Below, in pieces: positions 23,204 to 32,957 of a DNA stretch of 64,000 bases. The notes beneath the pieces were generated by a model. The model had not been told where the DNA came from and searched no databases. It worked only from the letters and a program-made list of their open reading frames with translations. Source of the DNA: Phycisphaerae bacterium (GTDB taxonomy: Bacteria > Planctomycetota > Phycisphaerae > UBA1845 > Fen-1342); NCBI GenBank assembly GCA_963675745.2, contig CAXXWX010000026.1, forward strand, positions 416,001-480,000. The letters run 5' to 3'. Numbering within the stretch: the stretch's first letter is position 1; the number at the start of each line of letters is the position of its first letter. The position numbers were made by a program, and so were the translations under genes.

Positions 23204-24103
23204 CTACTGCTCGGCGTCGAGCAATTCACCAATCGTCCGCTCCAGCAGCTCCGCGCCGCCGAAGTGCATGCCGAGACTGCGGAGCTTGCCGGTCTCGATC
23301 TGGTGGCGCGGGCGCTTCTGCTCGCCGATGATCCGCGCGTCTGAACCCGAAAGACGCCTGGCCGCAGTCGCGACATCGTACTGCGACACGTACATGTCGC
23401 AGCAGTTGTACGCCTGGCCGGCGATGCCGTCGGCGTCCAGCAGCAGCGCGCAGGCCTTGGCCACGTCGGCGGCGTGAACCTCTTTGCCACCACCCGAGAT
23501 GGTCACCTCTTCGCCCCGCTTCACCCGCCGCACGATGTCGAACCACCGGCTGTCGGCCACCGGCCGGGCCACGCCATAGATTCCCGTCGGGCGCAGCGAG
23601 CAGATATCGTAGCCCTGGCCAAGCCCGTAGGCGTGTACGAACTTCTCGATGGCGGCCTTGTGGGCGCCATAGTGGCTGAGCGGCCACAACGGGTGGGTTT
23701 CGTCAAGCGGGCGATCGTCGAGAATAACGTCGTGTACGGCGCAAGTTGCGATGAAGATGAAACGGCGGACGCCGGCGGCGCGTGCCGCTTCGATCAGCAT
23801 CAGCGTGCCGATCACGTTTTTCTCGACGAACTCGAGGACGTCGCCCTCGTGCCCGGTAAAGCCGGCACCTTCGCGGTGCAGGGCGGAATGGACCACGGCG
23901 TCCGCGCCCTCGACGAGGTTAAGCGCCGCGGTTTGGTCGCCGAGCTTGCCTTTGATCCACTCAGTACGCCCCTCGACGGCGTCAAGACCGCCGCGATCGC
24001 TGCCGGGTCGGCACCAGCAACGCAGACTGTGCCCCTGGGCTCCCAGGTGATTCACGATGTAGCGACCGAGGAAACCGGTCGCGCCGGTGACGGCGATGAG
24101 CAT
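23204..24103 (-). CDS. NAD-dependent epimerase/dehydratase (extended SDR)
   Basis: TGATGFLG, VVHSA, NVIGT, YGAHK, LRPTGIYG. Confidence 0.9.
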   Translation of the reverse strand: MLIAVTGATGFLGRYIVNHLGAQGHSLRCWCRPGSDRGGLDAVEGRTEWIKGKLGDQTAALNLVEGADAVVHSALHREGAGFTGHEGDVLEFVEKNVIGTLMLIEAARAAGVRRFIFIATCAVHDVILDDRPLDETHPLWPLSHYGAHKAAIEKFVHAYGLGQGYDICSLRPTGIYGVARPVADSRWFDIVRRVKRGEEVTISGGGKEVHAADVAKACALLLDADGIAGQAYNCCDMYVSQYDVATAARRLSGSDARIIGEQKRPRHQIETGKLRSLGMHFGGAELLERTIGELLDAEQ

Positions 24104-24182
24104 ATGGCGCTCCAAGCTGGTATCAGACGCGCGAGAAACCGTCCGGCGTCATGTCTATTCGGCCACTTCGTATATTCAGCAC

Positions 24183-24297
24183 TGTAGCGGCCTGCGCCTC
24201 GCAGGCCGACGGCACTGTAGCGGCCTGCGCCTCGCAGGCCGTCGACGCGAGATAGCATCTCCAGTATCCGACGGCCGGCGAGGCGCCGGCCGCTACA
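24183..24297. repeat. REP family A doublet with tandemly duplicated left arm
   Basis: Two copies of TGTAGCGGCCTGCGCCTCGCAGGCCG, then CGGCCGGCGAGGCGCCGGCCGCTACA. Confidence 0.85.
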
Positions 24298-24340
24298 CGC
24301 AAGCACATAATGGACACAACAGGGTCGAGCGGACCGGACG

Positions 24341-24571
24341 CTAGTTCATCGCGAGCTTGTGCAGTTTGTCGAGAACCTCCTGGTGCTCGGGAAAGCGCCC
24401 GGTTTCGTACTTGCTATAGACGATGTGTCCGTCGAGCTTCACGTCGAATATGCCGCCCGAGCCCGGGATCATCTCGGCGTCAGTATCGAACTCATCTTTG
24501 ATCGCTGCCGCCAAACTGGCGGCCGTGGGGAAGTAGTTTCACTGCTGGCAATAGGTGATGCTGATCTTCAT
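24341..24571 (-). CDS. SelT/SelW/SelH (Rdx family) selenoprotein, UGA read as Sec at codon 11
   Basis: MKISITYCQQ(U)NYFPTAASLAAAIKDEF...GSGGIFDVKLDGHIVYSKYETGRFPEHQEV; in-frame TGA at 24541-24539; hairpin 24507-24523; SD-like GGAG. Confidence 0.88.
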
Positions 24572-24644
24572 TGGGTGGTCTCCGTGGGTATTGCTTGGTA
24601 CGTCACCCTATGCTAGCGCAGTCGGTGGGGGATGGCAAATGTGG

Positions 24645-24820
24645 AGGGAACAGGGAACGGGGAACAGGGAACAGATGGCAACGAGGCAACTAGGCATGAA
24701 GGAGGCAACGAGGCAAGAAACAGAAACAGCGCGGCCGCAGAAGCTCCGGTTGCCGTGCTGCCTCGTTGCCTCGTTGCCTCGCTGCCTCGCTGCCTTGCTG
24801 CCTTGCTGCCTCGTTGCCTT
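24645..24820. repeat. short tandem hepta/octamer repeats (GGGAACA/G; GGCAACGA and inverted TCGTTGCC)
   Basis: Seen directly in the intergenic region. Confidence 0.8.
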
Positions 24821-24849
24821 CTCGCCCTCTTGCCTTCTCCGCCGCTTGG

Positions 24850-25803
24850 CTACTCGGCCGGCTCTAGCGCGTAGTGCTTTCCGTCTGGCTCTGCCGTAAC
24901 CACCGGCGTGCTGATCTCGTGATCGATGGCGATCAGCCAGCGCTCCCGGGCCACCTGAGCGAGCAGGCGCAACTTTGTCGCGCGATTGTCAATGGGCAAG
25001 AGGTCATAGCTCATGTTGAAAGCCGCCCCCACGTGGGCCGCAGTCGGCATGAGATCGCCGGCAAACACCAGCGTACGATCAGAACCGGCCACGACGATGC
25101 CTTGATGGCCGCGCGTGTGCCCCGGCAAACACAGCGCCCGCACGCCGGGCGCTATTTCCTCGTCGCCATCGAGCAGGCGCCAGCCGTCAATTTCGTCGAT
25201 CGGTGTGAAGTTCTCTTCGCGATAGGTGGCCGTCATGACGCCAAAGCCGCCGCGCGCATCTTCAAACTCCCGGCGTTGCACGTGTACGCGGGCGTTGGGA
25301 AACGTCGGCGACAACCGGCCGTCCACGTCGTGCGTCAATCCGCCGGCGTGGTCAAAGTGGAGGTGCGAAACCGCGACATCGGTGATCGATTCGGCGTCAA
25401 CGCCGTACGCTCGCAGCGCGGGCAGTAGCCAGCGCGCGGGGTCGATGTCAAAGATTCTCTGCTCTTTCTCGGCGTAGTGCGTGCCGTGGCCGGTCTCGAT
25501 GATCAGGCGCCGGTCGGTTTCTCCGCCAAACTCGACAAGCAGGCAGTTGCAGGCCAGCCCGATGCGATTGTGCTCATCGGCGGGTGTGGCGCGTGACCAG
25601 AGGGCCTTCGGGATTATTCCGAACATCGCCCCACCGTCCAGCTTCAACGCCCCACCGTTAATAAGCGTGACCGTGCGATCGCCGAGATCCCACTTGTGCG
25701 GCTGGTCCGGTTCAGAATGCGCGGCTGATGGCTTTGGTGCGGACACGGTGTCGGAGTCTCCGTTGCTGGCGCTGGGAACTGTAGATTCTTGCGGCCCGAT
25801 CAC
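24850..25803 (-). CDS. MBL-fold metallo-hydrolase (YtnP-like)
   Basis: LDGGAMFGIIPK, SHLHFDHAGG, GHTRGHQ, FAGDL. Confidence 0.9.
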   Translation of the reverse strand: MIGPQESTVPSASNGDSDTVSAPKPSAAHSEPDQPHKWDLGDRTVTLINGGALKLDGGAMFGIIPKALWSRATPADEHNRIGLACNCLLVEFGGETDRRLIIETGHGTHYAEKEQRIFDIDPARWLLPALRAYGVDAESITDVAVSHLHFDHAGGLTHDVDGRLSPTFPNARVHVQRREFEDARGGFGVMTATYREENFTPIDEIDGWRLLDGDEEIAPGVRALCLPGHTRGHQGIVVAGSDRTLVFAGDLMPTAAHVGAAFNMSYDLLPIDNRATKLRLLAQVARERWLIAIDHEISTPVVTAEPDGKHYALEPAE

Positions 25804-25895
25804 GCCGCCACGGATGCAGCCGCGGGCCCGTCGGTTATGATATGCCCCTGGATCGCCTCGGCCAAACGGGCGGCGCGGGTTGTGCGGAGAGGTCG

Positions 25896-26435
25896 ATGGA
25901 TGAAACTGCCAGTGAGGCGCGGTTGAGCGAGATTCGTTGCCTGGTTCTTGATGTAGACGGCACCCTGACCGATGGTCGGCTGTTCATGGATGCGACCACG
26001 GGCGAGGAGTGGCGCGCGTTCTACGTGCATGATGGTGTCGGAATCCGCATGTTCCAGGACGCCGGCGGCGTGGTGATCTGGTGTACCGGAAAGTCGGGCG
26101 GCAGTGTCGCGCACCGGGCGCGCACGTTGAATGTCGAGCACGTCATCCAAAACAGCCATGACAAGCTGGCCGATCTGACCGCACTGCTCGACAAACTGGG
26201 CATCGGATTCGAGCAGGTGGCAATGATGGGCGATGACCTGAACGACGTTTCGGCGATGCGCCGCTGCGCGATGCCCATCGCTCCCGCGAATGCCCGTCCC
26301 GAGGTGCAGGCGATCGCTCGGCTGGTCACCGAGCGCAGCGGCGGAGACGGCGCGGTTCGCGAGGCGATCGAGTTCCTCATGAAAGAGGACGACCGCTGGG
26401 ACGACGCGTTGCGCCGTTTCGGGGTAGAGCCATGA
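25896..26435 (+). CDS. kdsC: KDO 8-phosphate phosphatase (HAD family)
   Basis: LDVDGTLTDG, FYVHDGVGI, MGDDLND, GGDGAVRE. Confidence 0.9.
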   Translation: MDETASEARLSEIRCLVLDVDGTLTDGRLFMDATTGEEWRAFYVHDGVGIRMFQDAGGVVIWCTGKSGGSVAHRARTLNVEHVIQNSHDKLADLTALLDKLGIGFEQVAMMGDDLNDVSAMRRCAMPIAPANARPEVQAIARLVTERSGGDGAVREAIEFLMKEDDRWDDALRRFGVEP

Positions 26436-26488
26436 CCGCGGGCAGCGCCCATACCGGTTCCGGTTCGGCCGTCATGCGCATACAGCGC

Positions 26489-26612
26489 TGTAGCGGCCTG
26501 CGCCCCGCAGGCCGTCGGCCCAAGTCGGCATTCTCTATGCGCGGCGGCCGGCGAGGCGCCGGCCGTTACACTCTCGCTACGGCGCGGCACGGCTCGCAGA
26601 GCCGTGGCACAC
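26489..26612. repeat. REP A doublet (26489-26570) followed by a single REP B (26587-26612)
   Basis: Direct sequence match to other copies. Confidence 0.8.
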
Positions 26613-26683
26613 GACAATCTCGGCGGGACAGCATACCGGGCGCGTTCGAGGCAGCGCGACACTACTGTGAGGCACAGGACTGA

Positions 26684-29600
26684 ATGGCGCGGAACGTGAT
26701 ATTGCTGGTTTCATCGGCGGCGATCCTCGTCGCGCTCTTCCTCGGCTATTCATGGCTGGTGCGCGATCCGGCCAGTGACCACTCCGCCGGAGCTGAGCAA
26801 CGCGCGCTGCCGGATGCACACGGCGATCCCAAGAATGCGCTGGAAATCGGCAACGGCGAACGAACCATGCGGCTACCGGGGGGTGAGGCCATCGTCTACA
26901 CGCTGTTTGACTCACGCACCGGGCGCGCCCGGCAGATCGTGCGCTTCGCCGACTGGACCAAGGTCCCCAGCTCGGACAATGAGATTCTGGTCACGTCGCC
27001 CGAGATGACCATGCTGCTGCCCGGCGGGCAGATCGCGACCATCTCAGCCGCCGAGGGACAGATGGCCGTCGACGAAATCCGACGCTCCGACATGCAGCCC
27101 CAATCCGGCTGGCTGCGCGGCGGGGCGCGGATCGTGATCGACCGCGCCACCGACGTGGACCGCGCCCCCGCCGACCAGCGCCCGGACGACTTCATCACCA
27201 TCGAAATGGACGAGCTGGAATTCGACATCACCGATGGACTGCTACGGACCGCTGGCCCCGTCAGCGTGGTCAGCACCGCGGTCGAGCTGCGCGGCGTCGG
27301 GCTTGAACTCGTCTGGAACCAGACACACAACCGCCTCGAACGCCTCCGTCTCGAACACAGCGGCGAACTTATCATGCACAACGTCGGCGATCTGCTCGGC
27401 GGCACGGCGTCGCCGGACGACCGTGCGCCAACCACCGCGCCGAGCGAACCGCCGCCACCGCGCGACCAGCGCCAACTCACCAGCTACCTGTGCAGCCTGA
27501 ACGACAACGTGTCGATCGAGCAGCAGGTGGCGGGCGTGGTTGTCGGGGGGCTCACGGCCAGTGCCGTGGACATGCTGTTCGACGGGGGGGGTGGCGGCAC
27601 TCGCTGGGGCACCGGATCGCAGAGCCGGACCGATGCGCCCACAACCGCCGCAACGAATGATGCGAATGGAACCCAGGCGCCGGCGACCGCTGCGAACGGC
27701 GAACAGCCACAGCAACAGCTCGTCGCCCGTTGGCAGGGACCATTGACGATTGCCCCTCTGACCGTAGCGGGCAACGTCGATGCACCCCGGCGCCGACTCA
27801 GCGCCAGCGGCGGCAACGTGCACCTGTTTCGCGGTGAGCGCAGCGTGTTGTGCGGCCGCCTCGAGTTTCGCGAGGACACCGACCAGATCTGGCTGCACCC
27901 GCGCGACGATGGCCGCGTGCTGTTCCGCATGGGCGATGACCAGCGGCTAGGCGTCGAGGCGTCGGCCGACAACGCATATGTCGATGTCGCCGGCAATCTG
28001 GTCAAGCTCATCGGGAACGTGCGGCTTGTGGACCAGCGGCACACCGGCGCGCGATCGGGCATGGCGTTGCACTGCCGGCTCTGGGCCGAGTTGCATCTGG
28101 CGCAGCCCGAGGAGGGTTCGAGGTCGCTTACGGACGCGGCCGAAGGAGTCGTCGCCCTGAGCGGGTTGCGTGCGGCGGTATTCGTCGGCGACGTAGCGCT
28201 CAGCATGGGCGATCAGCGGCTGCGCGCGGCGCGCGTCGATCTGAGCTTCCGCACCGGCACCGACGACACGCCCATCGAAGGATTGCTCGAAAAGGCCACG
28301 GCGGGCGGCAACGTCGTGCTGATCGAGCGTCTGCCGGGCACGGTCGAGCCTTTGACGAACATGCTGCGCGCCGGATTGTGGGTCGCCCTGAGCGGCACAC
28401 ATACCGCAGATGCACATGCCGCCCAGGCGCTGCGCTGTGACTGGCTCGAAGCCTCGTTCGCCGCCGATGCTGATGGTGTCATTCACACACGCGAGGCGGT
28501 CGCCAGCGGCGCGGTCGAGTTGCTTGACCGCAAGGCCAAGGTCGCCGCGCGCGGGCGCGAACTCACGGCGCACTTTGACGAGGACGGACAACTGGCCCAC
28601 GCCGTGGTCAGCGGGCGCGGCAGCCGACCGGCCTGGGTCTACGCCGAGCCGTTCGCGGTGCGCGGCGAGCGCGTCGATCTCGATCCGCACACGCAGTCAC
28701 TACACATCCCCGGTCGCTCGCACGTCAGTTTTAAATCGCGCGTCAGCCTCCAGGGGCGCAGCCAGCGCAGCGAGACAGCGACGCAGGTCACGAGCAGCCA
28801 ATCCATGCGTCTCAGCGGCCCGGACAACACGGTCGCCTTCGAGGGCAACGTGGTCGCCACCAGCGGTGATGAGCACCTGTGGTGCGATACGCTGACATTG
28901 CACCTGGAAAACGCCGACGCTCCAGAGCAAGCGACGCCGAACGGGCTTGGGTCCGCATGGAAGCTGCTGACGCGCGGCGGCGCAAACGCTCAGCCGGCGC
29001 CCGCCGATTCCGGCCTGATGGCCCGGCCCCGCCGCCGGCAGTTCGAGCGTAAGCGGCCGGTACGGCTGGTCGCCACCAATGCCATCGTCGAAAGCGAAAG
29101 CTACGAGCCCGGCGACCCATTGCCGATCATGCACTCGAGCATCAGGGCACCGCAACTGGTCGCCGAGATCCCGCAGCGCATCGTCAAGACCACCGGCGGC
29201 ACCGAGCTGCTGATGACCAGCCGGCGACTGGACGGCGATGTCAACACAGAGCAAGCCGTGTCGGGCGTACCGTCGGGCCTGGTGACCCGCGGGCCCAGCC
29301 AGACGGCGATGAAGTGCGACGGCCCGATGACGTACGTGATCGGCTCGGAGGGTCCCGAGCGGCGCGACTATGTCCTGCTCGAGGACAACGTCTTGTTCGT
29401 ACACCGGGCCGGCCGCGAAATGCACAACTTCGACGAGATGATGCCGAAGCTGGCCGACGACCCGGAGCGCATCGCCACGCTCCAGAACCGCAATACATAT
29501 ATGACCAGCCAGCGGCTCGAAGGGGTTTTCGCGGTCGAGCACACCAGCCCGCAGCGCCGCGCGCGGCAATCCGCCGGACCACCGCTGGCGCTGAGCCGAC

Positions 29601-29884
29601 TGATTGCCGGCGGGGGCGTGTTCTTGCGCGATCGGCAGGGAACGGGTATCCGCGAAGTGCACGCGAACCAACTCGAATACGACGCCACCAGCTCGCTCAT
29701 CCGCGTGCTGGGAACCGAGGGGCCCCCACCCGCACCGGCGCGCATTTACTACAGCAATCCCGAGACCGGCGAGTTCCACAGCCCCGGAATCGGTATGGAA
29801 TTCGAGATCGACCTGCGGTCAAATCAACTCCGCCTGCGCGCCCCAAGCCTGGAAGGCACGATCTACCAAAAGCAGGACCAGTAG
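26684..29884 (+). CDS. large membrane-anchored LptC/LptA (OstA)-like beta-jellyroll repeat protein
   Basis: N-terminal TM; LRTAGPVSVVSTAVELRGVGLEL, VFVGDV, FEGNVVATSGDEHLWCDTLTL motifs; follows kdsC as in kdsC-lptC-lptA operons. Confidence 0.65.
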   Translation: MARNVILLVSSAAILVALFLGYSWLVRDPASDHSAGAEQRALPDAHGDPKNALEIGNGERTMRLPGGEAIVYTLFDSRTGRARQIVRFADWTKVPSSDNEILVTSPEMTMLLPGGQIATISAAEGQMAVDEIRRSDMQPQSGWLRGGARIVIDRATDVDRAPADQRPDDFITIEMDELEFDITDGLLRTAGPVSVVSTAVELRGVGLELVWNQTHNRLERLRLEHSGELIMHNVGDLLGGTASPDDRAPTTAPSEPPPPRDQRQLTSYLCSLNDNVSIEQQVAGVVVGGLTASAVDMLFDGGGGGTRWGTGSQSRTDAPTTAATNDANGTQAPATAANGEQPQQQLVARWQGPLTIAPLTVAGNVDAPRRRLSASGGNVHLFRGERSVLCGRLEFREDTDQIWLHPRDDGRVLFRMGDDQRLGVEASADNAYVDVAGNLVKLIGNVRLVDQRHTGARSGMALHCRLWAELHLAQPEEGSRSLTDAAEGVVALSGLRAAVFVGDVALSMGDQRLRAARVDLSFRTGTDDTPIEGLLEKATAGGNVVLIERLPGTVEPLTNMLRAGLWVALSGTHTADAHAAQALRCDWLEASFAADADGVIHTREAVASGAVELLDRKAKVAARGRELTAHFDEDGQLAHAVVSGRGSRPAWVYAEPFAVRGERVDLDPHTQSLHIPGRSHVSFKSRVSLQGRSQRSETATQVTSSQSMRLSGPDNTVAFEGNVVATSGDEHLWCDTLTLHLENADAPEQATPNGLGSAWKLLTRGGANAQPAPADSGLMARPRRRQFERKRPVRLVATNAIVESESYEPGDPLPIMHSSIRAPQLVAEIPQRIVKTTGGTELLMTSRRLDGDVNTEQAVSGVPSGLVTRGPSQTAMKCDGPMTYVIGSEGPERRDYVLLEDNVLFVHRAGREMHNFDEMMPKLADDPERIATLQNRNTYMTSQRLEGVFAVEHTSPQRRARQSAGPPLALSRLIAGGGVFLRDRQGTGIREVHANQLEYDATSSLIRVLGTEGPPPAPARIYYSNPETGEFHSPGIGMEFEIDLRSNQLRLRAPSLEGTIYQKQDQ

Positions 29885-30003
29885 GGTAGATCGAGCCCGG
29901 CGAGGCCGGCCGGCGCGAGAGGGTCCAGGGTTTAGCAGCCACGGCCCCACCATCCCCCTGCTGCCTCGTTGCCTTGCTGCCTCGTTGCCTTCTGTCCCCT
30001 CCC

Positions 30004-31944
30004 CTACATCCTCTCGATCGCCGCAATACCCAGCAAATCAAGCCCCAATCGCAGCGTGCGGGCGGTCAGGTCACACAGCCGCAGCCGGCTCAGGCGCGTC
30101 GCGTCGTCCGGCGCGTCGATCACCGGACAGGCCTCGTAAAACCGGCTGAACTCCTGCGCCGTCTCGAACAGGTAGCTGCACAACACGTGCGGCGTGAGGT
30201 CATCGGCGACGATGTCGAGCGTCTCGCGGAACCGCGCCAGACGCAACGCCAGCGTCTGTTCCTGCTCGGTCGCCAGCGCCAGCTTCACATCATCGGCGTA
30301 GACATCCGGCATACCAATCCGCTCGGCCGCCTTGCGATAGATCGAACGAATCCGCGCATAGGCATACATCATGTACGGCGCGGTGTTCCCCTGAAACGCC
30401 AGCATATTGTCCCAGTTGAAGACATAATCGCTGGTCCGATCGCGCACCAGGTCGGCATATTTCACTGCGGCAATGCCGACGGCCCGGGCGATACGCTGCC
30501 AATCAGCATCGCTCTGCTCCCTCAATCCCTCAGTCCCCTGTCCCTCATCCCCTCGATCCCTCTCAACCAACACCGCCAGCGCCCGTCGTTCGGCTTCATC
30601 CAGCAACTCGCGCAGCAGGACGTTTTCGCCGGCGCGCGTTTTGAGCGGTTGGCGGTTGTCGTCCAGCACACTGCCGAAGTGGACATGTTCGAGCGCAACG
30701 TCGTCAGATGCCCAGCCGGCGGCGCGGGCGGCGGCGAAGAGCATCGCGAAATGCTGCTTCTGCCGCGCGTCGGTCACGTAGGTGATCCGCTGGGCGCCGA
30801 GCTCTTCGATCCGGTAGCGCAACGCCGCCAGGTCGGTCGTATCGTAGTTGTAGCCGCCGTCGGATTTCTGCACGATCATCGGCAGCGGGCCGCCCTCGGG
30901 GTTCTTGAACTGCGGCTCGCCGTGCTCATCGCGCAAGTAGATGCACTTGGCACCGCGATCCTCGCGAAACTCGGCCCGCGGGTTTGCCTCGGGCTTGAAC
31001 GTCTCCGCCAACTCCGCCACCACCGGCCCGAGCCGATCGTTGTAGAAGCTCTCGCCGCACGTGTCGTTGTGGTCGAGCAACACGTTCAGCCGGCGGTAAA
31101 GATCGAGGAACGCCGCCTCGCTCGCGGCACAGATGTCCTGCCAGACGCGCCGGGCCTGTTCGTCGCCCGACTGGAGCTCGGTAACGCAGCGCCGCGACGC
31201 CTCCTTGAACTCGGGCTGCTCGTCGAACATCTTGCGCGCCAGGCGGTAGTCGTCTTCGATCGCCCCAAGCACGTCCTCATGCGAATCACCAGCGGGCAGC
31301 GGGTGCGTCTTGTAGTAGTGGATCAGCATGCCGAACTGCGTGCCCCAGTCGCCGACGTGGTTCTGCCGAATGACGTCGTGGCCCTCGAAGCTCAACACGC
31401 GCGCGAACACATCGCCAATGATAGTCGTCCGCAAATGCCCCACATGCATCTGCTTAGCAACGTTAGGCGACGAATAGTCAATCACCACGCGCAACGGTTC
31501 ACGTACTGGTAACATCCCCAGCCGGTCGCCCCCCTCGTGGCCTGGTGGCCTGGTGGCCTCGTGGCCTTCTCCCCTCCGTTCCCCGTTCCCCGTTCCCTGT
31601 TCCCCGTCTTCGGTTCCCTGTTCCCTCTCTTCCGGCGCCGGTATCCTCCCCAACCACCGCGCCACAAACGCCGCCCTAAGCCTCACATTGATGAAACCCG
31701 GCCCGGCGATCTCCAAGGGCTCGGCTATGTCGTCCAGCTCGACGGCGTCGACGATGCGCTGGGCGATCTCGCGCGGCTTGGCCTTCAGCGGCTTGGCCAG
31801 CGACATCGCCACGTTGCACTGGTAATCGCCGAACTTCGCATCGCCCGACGGTCGCACAATCGGGTCACGCTCCTCGCCGGCGACCAGGGCAACGGCGGCG
31901 GCAAAACGGTCTCGCAGCAGGTTGATCAGGCTGTTGGTTTTCAT
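30004..31944 (-). CDS. argS: arginine--tRNA ligase with two repeat-derived in-frame insertions
   Basis: FGDYQCN, IAGPGFIN, SSPNVAKQMHVGHLRTTIIGD, GDWGTQFG, KSDGG, LKTRAGE, C-terminal ERM. Confidence 0.96.
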   Translation of the reverse strand: MKTNSLINLLRDRFAAAVALVAGEERDPIVRPSGDAKFGDYQCNVAMSLAKPLKAKPREIAQRIVDAVELDDIAEPLEIAGPGFINVRLRAAFVARWLGRIPAPEEREQGTEDGEQGTGNGERRGEGHEATRPPGHEGGDRLGMLPVREPLRVVIDYSSPNVAKQMHVGHLRTTIIGDVFARVLSFEGHDVIRQNHVGDWGTQFGMLIHYYKTHPLPAGDSHEDVLGAIEDDYRLARKMFDEQPEFKEASRRCVTELQSGDEQARRVWQDICAASEAAFLDLYRRLNVLLDHNDTCGESFYNDRLGPVVAELAETFKPEANPRAEFREDRGAKCIYLRDEHGEPQFKNPEGGPLPMIVQKSDGGYNYDTTDLAALRYRIEELGAQRITYVTDARQKQHFAMLFAAARAAGWASDDVALEHVHFGSVLDDNRQPLKTRAGENVLLRELLDEAERRALAVLVERDRGDEGQGTEGLREQSDADWQRIARAVGIAAVKYADLVRDRTSDYVFNWDNMLAFQGNTAPYMMYAYARIRSIYRKAAERIGMPDVYADDVKLALATEQEQTLALRLARFRETLDIVADDLTPHVLCSYLFETAQEFSRFYEACPVIDAPDDATRLSRLRLCDLTARTLRLGLDLLGIAAIERM

Positions 31945-32177
31945 GATTGGGAGTGTAGCGGAAAGCGGGTTCAGGTGTGAGGGTTCAGCGTTTAGCGGCG
32001 TTGGCGCCGGGCGTCCGGAGACAGGCAGGGAATGTCGAGCAGGTAGGGCATATCGAGCAGGTAGAGCATATCGAGGGAAGCGAGACACGCCGCTTCAGGT
32101 ACCCGGTGTCATGCCGACGGGTGTTCGCGGCGGCATGCCGCGCGGCCACCGTGTTGCCACATCGGCCGCTCGCGCAA

Positions 32178-32213
32178 CGGCAGGTCTCGCTGCGCTCGAC
32201 CTACCCTACAGCG
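32178..32213. repeat. REP family F (GTAGGGTAGGTCGAGCGCAGCGAGACCTGCCG on - strand)
   Basis: Related copies at 34025-34060 (-) and a degenerate one at 29881-29912 (+). Confidence 0.6.
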
Positions 32214-32236
32214 TTATCGCCGGCGCTGGTGCTCGT

Positions 32237-32863
32237 TCAACCTGAATCGCCGTCGGCCTCCTTCTCCTCCATGGCGGCGGCCAGCGGTGCGAGCAGGCGA
32301 AAGGCCCGCCGGGCCAGCCAACGCATCGGGTTGACCGTGAAGACAGCGACAACGCCACCGACCAGCACGATGACCGCCCCGGCTTCGTTGAGTACGACCA
32401 CCGCCGCCCAGCACACTCCGATGACAGCCAACGTGCTCACCGCTACGACAACGACCATGTACGCCTGATGATGCAACAGTGTGCGCCAGGCCCCCTCGAT
32501 ATCTCGAAAGGCGTAGCCGATCGGCGGTACGAGGATCATCGACCAGAGCAACAGACCGCCCGTAAAGGCGCACACGGCGGCCTGGCTCGCACCGCCGATG
32601 AGCACTGCCACACCGATCGCGACGAACACACCGATCGGGATAGCCGCGAGCAACCCGGCCCGGTGAAGTTCGCCCTGAATCTCCAATGCCCGGCGGTGTC
32701 CGGCCAGCCGGGCACGCAGCATGGCCCGCGTCACCGTCGCGCCGCACTCCGGACAGCGAATCGGATCGCCCACCAGGCCGCGCAGGTTGTAGCCGCACCC
32801 GGGCCCTGCGCAGCGGACGTCACAATCCAGCGGCTGATCAGGTTGCAGGGGCACACGATCCAT
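32237..32863 (-). CDS. zinc-ribbon membrane protein (planctomycete type)
   Basis: CAGPGCGYNLRGL...RCPECG then about four TM helices; TATACT 6 nt before ATG. Confidence 0.75.
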   Translation of the reverse strand: MDRVPLQPDQPLDCDVRCAGPGCGYNLRGLVGDPIRCPECGATVTRAMLRARLAGHRRALEIQGELHRAGLLAAIPIGVFVAIGVAVLIGGASQAAVCAFTGGLLLWSMILVPPIGYAFRDIEGAWRTLLHHQAYMVVVVAVSTLAVIGVCWAAVVVLNEAGAVIVLVGGVVAVFTVNPMRWLARRAFRLLAPLAAAMEEKEADGDSG

Positions 32864-32957
32864 GCCGCGAGTATAGCCGCGCGCGGCACAACCAGCGCGG
32901 CGAGACATGCCCGCTTCAGGCGACGCGCGTCGGGTTATCAGCAGAATCGAGGGCGCG

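Noticed and set aside
29974..31512. 512-aa + strand ORF and many other long overlapping ORFs (e.g. 16-690, 4476-5516, 14774-15949, 45830-46915)
   Set aside because: Antisense or alternate-frame shadows of well-supported genes, expected at high GC; no recognisable motifs.
31945..32090. N-terminal extension of argS, or a T-box leader
   Set aside because: It consists of an 18-bp tandem repeat and heptamer-like repeats; no T-box motif seen; a -10-like box sits 7 nt before ATG 31944.
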